Notes: generated by a model from the sequence alone, not told the origin. DNA of 64,000 bases, filler included, from Globobulimina sp. (GCA_003354225.1; 40 parts of 40 records of this genome joined end to end with filler, not necessarily neighbours in it); one strand, 5' to 3'; positions 51,172 through 62,498 are shown, counted from the whole stretch's first letter. Numbers and translations: made by a program.

Positions 51172-51443
51172 GGAGCTTAACACGNNNNNNNNNNNNNNNN
51201 NNNNNNNNNNNNNNNNNNNNNNNNNNNNTTAATTAATTAANNNNNNNNNNNNNNNNNNNNNNNNNNNNNNNNNNNNNNNNNNNNTGTCATCAATAATACC
51301 GTCAGACAGTGAGGCAGTGAGTAAAGTGAGTCTAGTGTAGTCATAAATAGTCAAAAAATTGATTTGAAACACAATAAATGTAACAAATGTCAATTTTCAT
51401 CAAATCAGTCAACTTCAGTCAAAAACTTGATGTATGAATGAAG

Positions 51444-51504
51444 AATACATCATCATCATCCTTGTACAAGTATCATACTGCGGGATGCATGATGATGATG
51501 TATT
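51444..51504. repeat. 16-bp perfect inverted repeat
   Basis: aatacatcatcatcat (51444-51459) and atgatgatgatgtatt (51489-51504). Confidence 0.7.
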
Positions 51505-51773
51505 GAAATAGGGAAAAAGCACCCTTATATTTCAGGGATATTTCCACGAGCAAACGAAACTAAAAATAGCCACAGAATAGAAAGAAAATGACTTTTCCGC
51601 AATGATTGTTCCATAAAACATAGCAAAAACTCCGCAACTATGTTCCGCAAAAATAGTGCCCTTATATTTCAGGGATATTTATGAACCAAATACATTTACA
51701 TTATGTTTGAGGATATTTATGAACCAAATGACTAAATAAAACACCGAACTTCGTGGTTGTGTTTCAAAAATTA

Positions 51774-51838
51774 ATTTAGAATTGAGAAATCTCTTATAAA
51801 CCCTAGATTGAATCACTTCGTTAGATTCCTCTAGGGGA
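51774..51838 (+). repeat. 65-nt hairpin-forming dispersed repeat, copy B
   Basis: 64/65 identical to 33663-33727. Confidence 0.85.
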
Positions 51839-52505
51839 AAACAAATATAGCTCATTTTCAAAAACGTTTTCGCTCTTCAATATTTCATACCAAAATTGTT
51901 TGGCGCCACATTTTGAAAAGCCACACTTTGAATATATGATATGGAAATGCGAATGGATTGGAAGGGTTTATGTGCTTCAAATGTGGTCTTTGTGGTATAA
52001 AAATTCAACAAAATTTCAGTTGATTCAATGGTGTGACAGGCACAGATACAATTTCAGTGAAATTTCATTGTTATTTTGTTGAATTTTATACCACTCACCT
52101 TTGTAGTCTTTGTTTTGGGTAAATGTGTCTCGTTTGTAATGCAAACACTTTCAAAACAGTAAACCAATGCGGCAATGCAGTCATATTTACACCAATTGGC
52201 TGGTGGAAATAATTACCAATTTTGAAATAGTTTCTGTGACTCCAATAAAGAGTGGCTGAGCATTTGCATGTCAGACTCAAAAAAGGCGACGAATTAAAGT
52301 GTCTCATTTCGGGTTTGAATTTTCTATTAAATCATGTCAGTGAAAAATTGTATTATTTGTCCTCGCCTGCTTCCAAACAGCCCTCGCCAAAGATATCTAT
52401 GAATATTAAGGTATGAACATTTTCGGATTTTTCAGATTTTAATTTCAATACGTTTTTTCAGAACGAAGGGAATATATTCCCGTATTTATTCATTAATGTC
52501 TGCTC

Positions 52506-52786
52506 ATGAGTGAGTATCTTAAAAGTGGACATTGGAAATACTTGGCATTTGACGACAATGGATATAAGTTGTGTGGAGGGAGTAACACTCTTTGTGGGTT
52601 CAATCACAGCGCAAATCTCAGCGAAGAGAAGCGGATAGTGATAGCAGCGAATTATGACTGTTATTGGCACAAAGAAAATGATATTTTGGAAATTGTTTTG
52701 AATTTAAATGAGCGAACACTGGGCTTTATTGTCAATGGAAAAGATTATGGAATTGCATTTGCAAATGTGAAACAGACAAGTTATCG
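52506..52786 (+). CDS. SPRY-like domain fragment, possibly a pseudogene
   Basis: NDILEIVLNLNERTLGFIVNGKDYGIAF is a typical SPRY C-terminal strand pattern. Confidence 0.55.
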
Positions 52787-53336
52787 NNNNNNNNNNNNNN
52801 NNNNNNNNNNNNNNNNNNNNNNNNNNNNNNTTAATTAATTAANNNNNNNNNNNNNNNNNNNNNNNNNNNNNNNNNNNNNNNNNNNNCAGCAACAATTAAA
52901 TTGAAAAATATCTGTTGAAGTCTAGATCTGTGCGAACTTTTTTGCATTTTCTCATAGAATGTGATCCATCATATAAGTCCATATCAGACATATGTGAAAA
53001 AGATGTGTGCTGCATCATCATCAATAGTGACGAAAATTGGATCAATTTTCTAGTGCAATTAGCATCATCCATACTTGCATCGTGGGGTATTGTTAAATCT
53101 GTGGGATACTTTATATCAAAATATGATGATGAAGTTATTGAGCAAGAAGAGGAGGAACAAAATTATTGAAAACATCATAGACCCACAAAATTGTTCGTTT
53201 CCCAGCCTACAAAAAAATGGCTTTTGTTTGTGTTGAGCATGCTTATTTTCTCTTGTTTGTGTTGAACAGTTCATGTTAAAAAAAATCACAATTACTAAAA
53301 ACTTTTACTTTGCGTGAAACAATTTCAACGTTCCTA

Positions 53337-54359
53337 ATGGGAAATCAATTTGTAAGCAACGAGGTTAATCATTCATGCCTCGACGTATCATTTAAGAAAC
53401 AATCGAAGCGTAAAATAAACAAAACAAATACATGCCAAGCTGACTTTATTATTAAATTGCATCGAAAACAAAGAGCAAATGGAATTACCACCAATTTATT
53501 GGATCAAAGAAGAGTTGTATTTATCTCATTAATTGGTTTATATCAGACATGGTCTTTGTGCCCGACGCCCGTTTTATACTCAGCAATTTTTATGTTACCA
53601 TTAAAAAAGAAATGGATATATTATCCAAAAGTGTATGAAGATGAGATCGGAAAAACGATCCTGACGCAAACAAACATATTTAAAGGTCTGTAATCCATAT
53701 ATACAGACATAATATGTACATAATCTGCGACTCTGCGTATTGTTTTTTGTTTCTTGGTTTCTTGTGCAGATCCGACAGACTTTGAGCAATTTATAATGCT
53801 CTTAAAATGGAAAGACAGTCAAAAATTGGTATTTTGGATGCTTGATCAATATGAAAATGAGCTGACTGACCCAACAGATAATAATTATTTGATATCTCCA
53901 TTTTGGAAGAATTTTAGTAATAATTTAACAAATTTATATGACCCAATTACAAAATCAAAATATAAACCAATTAAGTTTAGTGAAAAATGGTGGCAATTTA
54001 GCTATGATAAATTGGTTAAATCGCAACATAATGTGCCATGTTGTAAAATATTGAGTGAATTATATTTTGGAACGATGGAATTTAAATTCATTCAAGAAAT
54101 ATTGTATCAGTCAAATCCGCACTCTTTAAATCCAATTTTATCGTATAATGCAACTCCGAAGCAAGTCTCATCAAATGTGTTGAGTTTTGTTTCCAGCCAA
54201 AAGACAAAAATGAAGGATCATTATGGTTTTGTTTCGTTTGAACATGGATGTTGTCCTGATATTGATGATGAACTATGCAGCGATGGTGAGGGAGTATGGA
54301 TGGTATCGGCAGATTATAATGAATATGATTTAGAGGGCATGGATGTTAATAGTATTTAG
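53337..54359 (+). CDS. Hypothetical two-exon protein with possible N-myristoylation start (MGNQFVS)
   Basis: ORFs 53310-53693 and 53754-54359 bridged by a gtctgt...gtgcag intron of about 85 nt. Confidence 0.5.
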
Positions 54360-54635
54360 CTCCGTTTTTTTTTCTGGTATATTACATCNNNNNNNNNNNN
54401 NNNNNNNNNNNNNNNNNNNNNNNNNNNNNNNNTTAATTAATTAANNNNNNNNNNNNNNNNNNNNNNNNNNNNNNNNNNNNNNNNNNNNAATGCTGAGTGG
54501 TTGTATACAGTTTCAGTGTTATAAATAATCAATTACAAAAAGAAAAAAACACAATAAAACACATTTAAAACAGTCAGTGAGTCAGTCACATTTAAAACCA
54601 TCTCACTCACTCAGTCTCAGTCAGTCCCAATCACA

Positions 54636-55412
54636 ATGTCTTCGTCGAATCCTTCCCCCCAACCATCTCAGTCTCCGCCAGACTATCGATATGAAGAGTC
54701 CGCATCGGCGGCATCAACAGTAATCGTAGGATGTGGAGTATTAACGCCAGGCCCCCAATCATCGACGGATTCTTTTTATGGCCTGGCGATCGAGTGTCGC
54801 AATACCGGGAGAAAACACCGATTAGTATTTGATCATGGAGATGGCAGTGATGTGGAGTATTGGACAGTGGAAATACCGCCGTATGAACCGACGGAATCGT
54901 CGGAATCGTCGGATAATGCCGCATCCGGTGCATCGACAGAATCGGATCATTCGGATGGCAGTGCCGCATCCGGCGCATTGACAGAATCGGATGGTAGTGC
55001 GGCCAGTGCCGCATCGTCAGAATCGGATGGTAGTGCGGCCAGTGCCGCATCGACAGAATCGAATGATATGGCTATGTCGACAGAATCGGAAAATGGCGGT
55101 GTCGGCGGTGATGATGATGATGAAATGGAATCAGAGCCAGAGGATAAGTCGCCGCGGCCACGCAAAAGACGGCGCAAAAGGGATAGTTATGATAGTATGT
55201 CGCCGCCGCCACGCAAAAGACAAAGATTATGGGGAAATTATTCCCATACTGATAATTTGGCATATTGTCGGAGTATGGAGCATTGTCGGCGGAATCACCC
55301 GCATCATCAACAATCACCCGCAATGCAAGAATGGCGCCGCAATCACAATCACAATAATACGAGTCAGCCGACGTCGTTTATTGTTGGTTCAGTTTATAAT
55401 GAACGGACTTAA
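54636..55412 (+). CDS. Ser/Asp-rich protein with 36-nt internal repeats and basic NLS-like motifs
   Basis: ESDGSAASAAS repeats; RPRKRRRKR and PPPRKRQR; higher GC than flanks. Confidence 0.55.
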   Translation: MSSSNPSPQPSQSPPDYRYEESASAASTVIVGCGVLTPGPQSSTDSFYGLAIECRNTGRKHRLVFDHGDGSDVEYWTVEIPPYEPTESSESSDNAASGASTESDHSDGSAASGALTESDGSAASAASSESDGSAASAASTESNDMAMSTESENGGVGGDDDDEMESEPEDKSPRPRKRRRKRDSYDSMSPPPRKRQRLWGNYSHTDNLAYCRSMEHCRRNHPHHQQSPAMQEWRRNHNHNNTSQPTSFIVGSVYNERT

Positions 55413-55661
55413 TGTCATGTGACATAAATTTGTTTTTTTTTGTGTTTGTTTTGTGTTTGTTTTTATTGATTTTCTTATGCGAATTTGCGACATTTTATTG
55501 TGATTATTTCTTATTTGATTGTGATTATTTGTTATGCGAAATGCGAATTTGCGACTTGTTTTTTTTTTAATTCATTGTTTAATAATTTAATTACATTTAA
55601 AACACATTTAAAACACATTAAAATGATTAAATAAATAATATAACAATGAACAATCACATAA

Positions 55662-55990
55662 TCACAACTTAAATTTATGTGGAAATTTACTTTTATTAAA
55701 TAGTTTCTTTATATCTTTCGCTTTACGTTTGATCACTTTATTTTGATCCAATGAACTCGCCACATCCTCTACAATTAATTTCTCCATGGCATCAACACAA
55801 ATATTAAACTTTTCAATATCGCCCTCATTATCCAATTTAATTAAACATAAATTAATACATCCATGGTTACGATTATTCGCTTTGTATCCATTGCCCATAA
55901 TATCTCTACAAAATTGTACCGAATACCTTGATTGAATTTGTATATTATACGAATCCATAGTTTTATTATTACGGCCTCTCCGATAACCAA
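55662..55990 (-). CDS. Hypothetical protein, C-terminal part
   Basis: Open frame from near the contig edge, converging on ORF 54636. Confidence 0.4.
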
Positions 55991-56382
55991 NNNNNNNNNN
56001 NNNNNNNNNNNNNNNNNNNNNNNNNNNNNNNNNNTTAATTAATTAANNNNNNNNNNNNNNNNNNNNNNNNNNNNNNNNNNNNNNNNNNNNTTTCTATTTT
56101 ACAGCACGTACAAAAAGTGTTATTCGTTTCTATTTTACTACAACTAGGCGGTTTGTAAGCTTAGGTTTGTTGTAAATAAAACAGTTTTACTGGCGTTTTT
56201 TTTGGTAAATTGAGATAAAAAGCAAAATGCAATGATTAACTGTAACTTGGTTACGCGGTGTTTCATTGAGAAAAACAGTTTTTGAAATTGTGAGTGTAAT
56301 TGTGCAAGGATATACAAGTACAAATGACAAAATTAATAAAATATAAATCCTAATTATTTATACATGCATCGTATATTTATAA

Positions 56383-56840
56383 TTAAACACTATTTGTTCT
56401 TACATAATCACTATGCTGTTTTGTAACTTCTCCTCTGTTATTTACTTCGGACCGTAATTGTATGCCCGTACAACAAGGACAACAACAAGTGGCCACAATA
56501 TCACCTAAACAGGTTCCATCAATTCCATATCCCTCACGTACAATATTTCTGATTGCAACTGGACCCAAACAAAATAAATTAAAAAAACAATTGGACGCAT
56601 CAAACATTGTTCGAGTTCTGTGGTTTATTTCCTTTGAATTTTAATAAATTATATAAATATAAATTCAATTCATCACACCTTGCCCAATAACACTGTGTGT
56701 AATTTATCATTTTATTGTTGCTTTGATCGATGGGTGCAAATTAATTAAAACTAAACTGGTAAACAAAAGGTGGCGCATAAACAACCACCAAAGCCATCAG
56801 CGCATATATCGCATTTTCCGTTTCCAAATTCTTGAGACAT
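56383..56840 (-). CDS. PLAC8/cornifelin family Cys-rich protein; three exons including a 14-nt micro-exon at 56679-56692
   Basis: Spliced MSQEFGNGKCDICADGFGGCLCATFCLP-CYWAR-TRTMF...R..VREGYGIDGTCLGD....CCCPCC..IQL..EV. Confidence 0.85.
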
Positions 56841-56944
56841 AATGACGTACTATAACCGCAAAAATAAATGCCCAGTGATTAGAGTATGTTTTTGTGAGTA
56901 AGGTACTTTGAGTTCGAAATTGTTTTTAAAACATGTACAAAGAA

Positions 56945-57592
56945 TTATTTTGGCAAAATAGGTGTCAATGTATTAATATCACACTGAGCGAGCATCATAA
57001 TATTCCATGCAATTGCATACTCCACCAACCATAATGTTTGATTAGTTGCGTATGATTCAATTTGTTTTTGTGTCTCTCCACGTATCGGACAGTCATTATA
57101 CTCACATTCCACTTTACCATTTGCATCGATTTGAAGTAAATTTTTGTAAATACAAACATCAGAATTAAACATAAAATATGCACTGTCGCTTCCAGTATGC
57201 TCCCATTCATACAAACCATTTGTAACTGCCTCTTTTTGCACCCATGGAAAGCCAATAATTTCAGTATAGAATGTATTGTCTAAAACTGTTGGCGTCACAG
57301 TCCATGGAAGCGTATCGAATCCAGATGCTGTGGCATGTGCTTTGCCCAATGTATGGCCCCCAATAAGTGCAATGTATTGCGGTTGAGTCAAATTAAACAC
57401 TTCTCCAAAAAATTCAGACTGAGCGGATAAACCTTTTATTGGATCTGGGAAATCATTCTTTTATATTTCATAGATACAGTATTATATAACAGATATAATA
57501 TAATTACATATACAATATAGACATACCATTAATGTTTGATTTGGTGAGGTACGGCCCGCTTTTCGTCCACTCCAGAACTTAAATTGCGGAAC
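56945..57592 (-). CDS. Non-animal heme peroxidase (APX/CcP-like), C-terminal half; intron 57458-57526
   Basis: FWSGRK, FPDP, IALIGGHTLGKAH (proximal His), SGF..PWT.TPT.LDNTFY, MFNSD, YA.NQ..W..EY..AW..M. Confidence 0.88.
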
Positions 57593-57704
57593 NNNNNNNN
57601 NNNNNNNNNNNNNNNNNNNNNNNNNNNNNNNNNNNNTTAATTAATTAANNNNNNNNNNNNNNNNNNNNNNNNNNNNNNNNNNNNNNNNNNNNGCTCCAAT
57701 ATAT

Positions 57705-58523
57705 ATGCGTTCAGTAGGTCCGCGATTGGGAATGTTAGGTCTTATCAATTTATTTTCTGCTTCTAATAACATACCAAACCGTCCTCCTGCTCCACGCCCA
57801 AAACCACACTCAAATTACCCATATTCAATGTGTTCACAGCCACAAAACAAAACCGTTATCATTGATACATTAAAAAAAGGTTTCATGGAAATAGAACACC
57901 ACATATTATTCAAATATTATCGCAACAAATATTTTTTATTAAAATCAGACTCAAAACTTTATTTCTTTTCTGCTCCAAACAATATCCATTCGAAAGCAGA
58001 CGGAATGATTGATTTATTGCATGTTATTTCGCTTAAAAAATTGGATAAAAATATGTTGGAATTGCAAGTAAATAATAAATCTGCTGCGGGCAATGTGGAT
58101 ATTGTTCAATTACTGACAGCCGACACTACTCTGTGGAGATTGAAGTGCATTGACAATGAGATTAGGAATGATTGGTTTGATTGCATTGCTTGTCTGGTCT
58201 CACAAAATAAGAATGTGGCTGTTGTGGAGAGGGAGAAGGAGAAAGAGAGCAAAATGGAGGATGATGAATGGTGCGTTGTGGAGAAGAAAGAGAATGGAAT
58301 ATTTAGCAAAGTCTTGTCAAGAAAGAAAGTGTTTGATAATGGATTGGATTTAGATGCCATTCAACCGGAACCCGGAATGAATGATGAATTTATAGCGCCA
58401 CCTGCTTATGCTCCACATTATGATGCAAATGGAAATTTGAATATTAATATGAATATGGAAGGGAATCATGGCGGTGATGGTGTAGTGGACTATGGCAATG
58501 AGGGAAAGGTTACATTGCAATGA
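57705..58523 (+). CDS. PH-domain protein
   Basis: LKKGFM...YFLLK...LYFF...GMIDL...RNDWFDCI; PPAY motif in the tail. Confidence 0.78.
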   Translation: MRSVGPRLGMLGLINLFSASNNIPNRPPAPRPKPHSNYPYSMCSQPQNKTVIIDTLKKGFMEIEHHILFKYYRNKYFLLKSDSKLYFFSAPNNIHSKADGMIDLLHVISLKKLDKNMLELQVNNKSAAGNVDIVQLLTADTTLWRLKCIDNEIRNDWFDCIACLVSQNKNVAVVEREKEKESKMEDDEWCVVEKKENGIFSKVLSRKKVFDNGLDLDAIQPEPGMNDEFIAPPAYAPHYDANGNLNINMNMEGNHGGDGVVDYGNEGKVTLQ

Positions 58524-58639
58524 GGTTTTATTTCATATTATTTTTGTGTTGCAACTGTTGCATTGTTTAATTTAATTTGTGTCTTTGTATTGAATGTAAT
58601 TATACCTGCTATGCTTTTTTGGAATGAAATAAGCAAAAA

Positions 58640-58927
58640 TCATGTTATACAATTCAATGTTAATGATTTACATGTTTCTGCATTGTCACAATTGATAGTG
58701 GCAGATAGACGGTCCTGCCATTCACTGCAAATTATCGTGACATCGGTGGCATTATTTGAATTAATTACAGCAAAACACTCTAGATTGCACGATTCGTTTT
58801 GGTTGTTGCAACTACAATTTGTGCCTAATGGACCACAATCAACAGTTTCACTCTGTGATGCGTTAAATAGTAGAATTAATAGCGCTACTGCCGCTGCAAC
58901 TAAATACGATGTGAAGTGGTGAATTAT
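58640..58927 (-). pseudogene. Secreted Cys-rich protein-like frame with no ATG
   Basis: 96-codon frame IIHHFTSYLVAAAVALLILLFNASQSETVDCGPLGTNCSC...NCIT*; signal-like helix but no in-frame start. Confidence 0.4.
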
Positions 58928-58974
58928 TTCTGCAGTTTTTTTTTTGCTTCAAAACAGCATATTCAAAATAATAA

Positions 58975-59194
58975 TGTCACTACTACCAACTATTATATGG
59001 TTCTTTTTATTAAGTCTACAATCCACCAACACCCAAAGAGCACCCATCATTGATCTTTGTGACCCGGTTGATAGAATTGATCCTGCCTTGGACTATTTGA
59101 TTCCAGCAAACCCGAATCAAACCTATGATATGAAAATTCTTATCAACCCGATTTTGGATGGCGCTGAGTTTTTTGAAATACAACCTCTTTTTGC
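58975..59194 (+). CDS. Acyl-CoA carboxylase carboxyltransferase (PCC beta-like) internal fragment
   Basis: DPVDRIDPALDYLIPANPNQTYDMK.LI..ILDG.EFFEIQP.FA matches the mid-region of propionyl-CoA carboxylase beta. Confidence 0.6.
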
Positions 59195-59294
59195 NNNNNN
59201 NNNNNNNNNNNNNNNNNNNNNNNNNNNNNNNNNNNNNNTTAATTAATTAANNNNNNNNNNNNNNNNNNNNNNNNNNNNNNNNNNNNNNNNNNNN

Positions 59295-60452
59295 ATAACT
59301 CGCCTCCAACACGTTGCCTTCTTCTCTGGCAAAAATATTAACAAAATTGTTTGTGGACAATATTACACGATTTACGTTGGAGATGATGACGAATATTGGT
59401 GTTGTGGCGTAAACTATGACGGCGAATTAGGAATTTCCATATCAACTGCACCTGTTCAACAAGCAAAACAATTAAATTTCTTCAAGACAGCGCTGCAACG
59501 GATAAAAATAAAGAAAGTATGTGTCAATGTAGGTGGTTCAGTTACATTTTGGATATCGCAGCGCAATAAAACCGTGTTTGGAAATGGTTGCAATAGTTTC
59601 AATCAATTAGCAAAAGACGGTGACATATTACATAGTTCATCTCCGCTGCAATTGCGTGCTTTGAATAATAAAAATATAATAGATATGAAATCTTCATATA
59701 TGTATTGTGTAGCTTTGGCATCTCCGAATATTACTATTTTGGTGAAAGAGTATTGGGGAAATATCAATGTGCCAGCTGCTATTATTAATTTAATAGTGTT
59801 TTTCCATGGTTTCTACTGTGTGTATTCGAGGGGAAATGACACGACCGGTGGCTGTGGGCATGGCGCACAGTTTAATTTAAAATGGACCGCAGTTCAGACG
59901 TTTGTGAATAGGAAAATCATTAAAATTGCATGTGGTGCGCGACATTCATTGTTTTTGGAGTCAAATGGGATATTATGGGCCGCCGGAGATAGTGATCGCG
60001 GCCAATTAGGTTTAGGCGATTTTAAAAATGATTCGTCAATGTTACCCACAGCAATATCGTATTTGGTGGAGAATGGGATAAAAATTGTGGATATTAAATG
60101 CGGTTTGCATCATAATTTAGCAATAGATGAAAATGGAAATGTTTATGCGTGGGGAGATAATTCAGAGGGACAATGTGGAGATGGTACATTAACGGATATA
60201 AATGTACCAAAATTAATTGATTTAGGAATAGGAATTAAAACTGTAGAATGTGGTGCATTTCATTCCTATGTCGGAAGTGTGGATGGCAAACATTTTCTAT
60301 TTGGATATAATAAGTACCGCCAATGCCTGGTGTTTCATGATGCAGCTCAAATAAAGAAACCTTTTTGTATCAATCAAGCAATTGCCAAATATAAGAAATG
60401 CATCAAATCAGTGTCATTGGGATATGACGAAACATATTTTGTTTTAGATTAA
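59295..60452 (+). CDS. RCC1-repeat protein; 5'-truncated
   Basis: Repeated IACGARHSLFL, GDSDRGQLGLG, IKCGLHHNLAI, AWGDNSEGQCG; frame open back to the contig start. Confidence 0.9.
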   Translation: MTRLQHVAFFSGKNINKIVCGQYYTIYVGDDDEYWCCGVNYDGELGISISTAPVQQAKQLNFFKTALQRIKIKKVCVNVGGSVTFWISQRNKTVFGNGCNSFNQLAKDGDILHSSSPLQLRALNNKNIIDMKSSYMYCVALASPNITILVKEYWGNINVPAAIINLIVFFHGFYCVYSRGNDTTGGCGHGAQFNLKWTAVQTFVNRKIIKIACGARHSLFLESNGILWAAGDSDRGQLGLGDFKNDSSMLPTAISYLVENGIKIVDIKCGLHHNLAIDENGNVYAWGDNSEGQCGDGTLTDINVPKLIDLGIGIKTVECGAFHSYVGSVDGKHFLFGYNKYRQCLVFHDAAQIKKPFCINQAIAKYKKCIKSVSLGYDETYFVLD

Positions 60453-60492
60453 ACATACATATAATATTGGCCACATTGTATTGTATGTCGTA

Positions 60493-60681
60493 TCAACATT
60501 TCGAAGCAATGTAAAAATATTCATATAACCGAATAATAGCATTGCTTGAATGTACATGTGTGATCCCTCGCTTTTCATAATGAATTAAATGTTGGTGTTT
60601 GTATAAAAATATAGTGAGGAAAATAAACAGTGGTAAAGCAATTACACAACAACCAATTGCAACAAAATGAGCAGCTGACAT
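60493..60681 (-). CDS. Short membrane-protein fragment (7TM-like first helix)
   Basis: Hydrophobic helix followed by HYEKRG; no continuation found. Confidence 0.3.
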   Translation of the reverse strand: MSAAHFVAIGCCVIALPLFIFLTIFLYKHQHLIHYEKRGITHVHSSNAIIRLYEYFYIASKC

Positions 60682-60934
60682 TGTTGATCTGAAGAAGATA
60701 TAAGAACAACCCCTGGCTCAACATACAGAAAACATTTTTTAATTAAAGGAGCTCGCTGTCTTCGTACACTTCAAACATGGACGCCGCAGACATTAANNNN
60801 NNNNNNNNNNNNNNNNNNNNNNNNNNNNNNNNNNNNNNNNTTAATTAATTAANNNNNNNNNNNNNNNNNNNNNNNNNNNNNNNNNNNNNNNNNNNNCAGG
60901 GATTATAATTAATGGGTTATATCCTCAGATTGAA

Positions 60935-62398
60935 TTGGCTCAATTTAAACAAATCGCAGCCAAATTAAAGCTCGATGGCAATATATTTGTTAGAGGCACT
61001 CCAGAGTTTAGAAACAGTACTAAATTTGCCAAAGAATTCAAATCAATCAATGGTTATAATAAGAAACATTTGGCTGAGATATATACAAAAATCAATACTG
61101 GCAAATGGATAGTAACCACACCCAAAACAGTTGTTGTTGAGGAAAAAGAGGTGATTGCAGCTCCAGACTGTGATGACCACAAATCACACGATGAAGAATC
61201 AAAAGTTGATGACAGCAAACGGACTCAACACAGAGTTATTTATGAATTCGGAGTTCGATTTTATTTTTGGCAGTCAATGAAAGATCATAAACATTATATT
61301 AACGGAAATTATCCAGATTTAAAGCAAGAGATGTTACAAAATAATTTGATTGAGTTTGATATTGAACGATGGCAATATTTAGCCAACGAAGCAGAGGTTG
61401 ACTTAAAAACTGATATAGTGAAGAAAGTCAAAGCAAATGGTTTTTATACAACAACATATAACATTGAAAAAGGTGATATATTCTCAATGGAACATATTTG
61501 TGCATTAAAATTATACACTGCATGATTATACCAAAGAATGTGGTTTATTTTGTTCCATTTTACGATCAGAAAATGTAACCCAAATTGCAGAAATTTGCAA
61601 TTGGGCCAAATTATTATCAGAATGTGTGCAATGTTATGGAGCACAACTAACAAAAAGGAAATATTATCGAGGCGTGAAGAAAATATTTAATTTTGGAATG
61701 TTCGCCACAAGATTTAATTTACCGACAAGTACAACTGCCAATGTATGTTTTATCTGTATATTTGATTTAATTTAATTATTATATTTGATATAGTTTACGC
61801 GCGCTGCACTATTTTCAGGTGGATCGGGAATGGTATTAGAACTAAAAAGATATGAACAATACGACGTATTTAAATTTGAGTGTTGGAAATTATCCGCATT
61901 CCCGCAAGAAAGAGAAACATTATTTTATGGCGGAAATACTGTGTTAAGAATTGCAGCAATCCATCAATGGCAAGCTATTGATCGCAAATGGTGGAATTAT
62001 GCAAGATATATTGGGGCAATGAATGTTATTTTGAGACTGATTCATGGATTAACTGTCAATAAACATACAATTTTATCCAATGATAAACAGCAATTAATGA
62101 TGTTTGAATTGGTAAATCATATTTTTTGTACTTTCAATTCACACAAAAGTATGATGGCATTACCTCCATACATTGATGAATTATTACGATATCAGGTATC
62201 AAATGAGATAATTAAGTTAAACTTCATTGAAGTAAAGAATAAATATGAATGGATGCGCTCAATATTTTTAAAGTGGAATGATAATATTAATATATCAAAT
62301 GATATTATTTATATATCAAATATATGTAAACTGTTTGCTAACTCCGATCAAATTATTTTTATGATGCCACAACATTATATTTTAAGTTTTGACGAATG
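60935..62398 (+). pseudogene. R-S-E (ARTC-type) ADP-ribosyltransferase family gene with a 4-nt frameshifting insertion at 61520-61523; intron 61743-61793
   Basis: Corrected reading: ALKLYTDYT...KYYRGV (R at 61668)...FNLPTSTT...A.LFS...GMVLEL...LSAFPQERETLF (ExE at 61908-61916). Confidence 0.72.
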
Positions 62399-62498
62399 NN
62401 NNNNNNNNNNNNNNNNNNNNNNNNNNNNNNNNNNNNNNNNNNTTAATTAATTAANNNNNNNNNNNNNNNNNNNNNNNNNNNNNNNNNNNNNNNNNNNN

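Noticed and set aside
61523-61525. TGA readthrough, selenocysteine or an alternative genetic code
   Set aside because: The conserved continuation is in a different frame, and TAA, TAG and TGA all act as normal stops elsewhere
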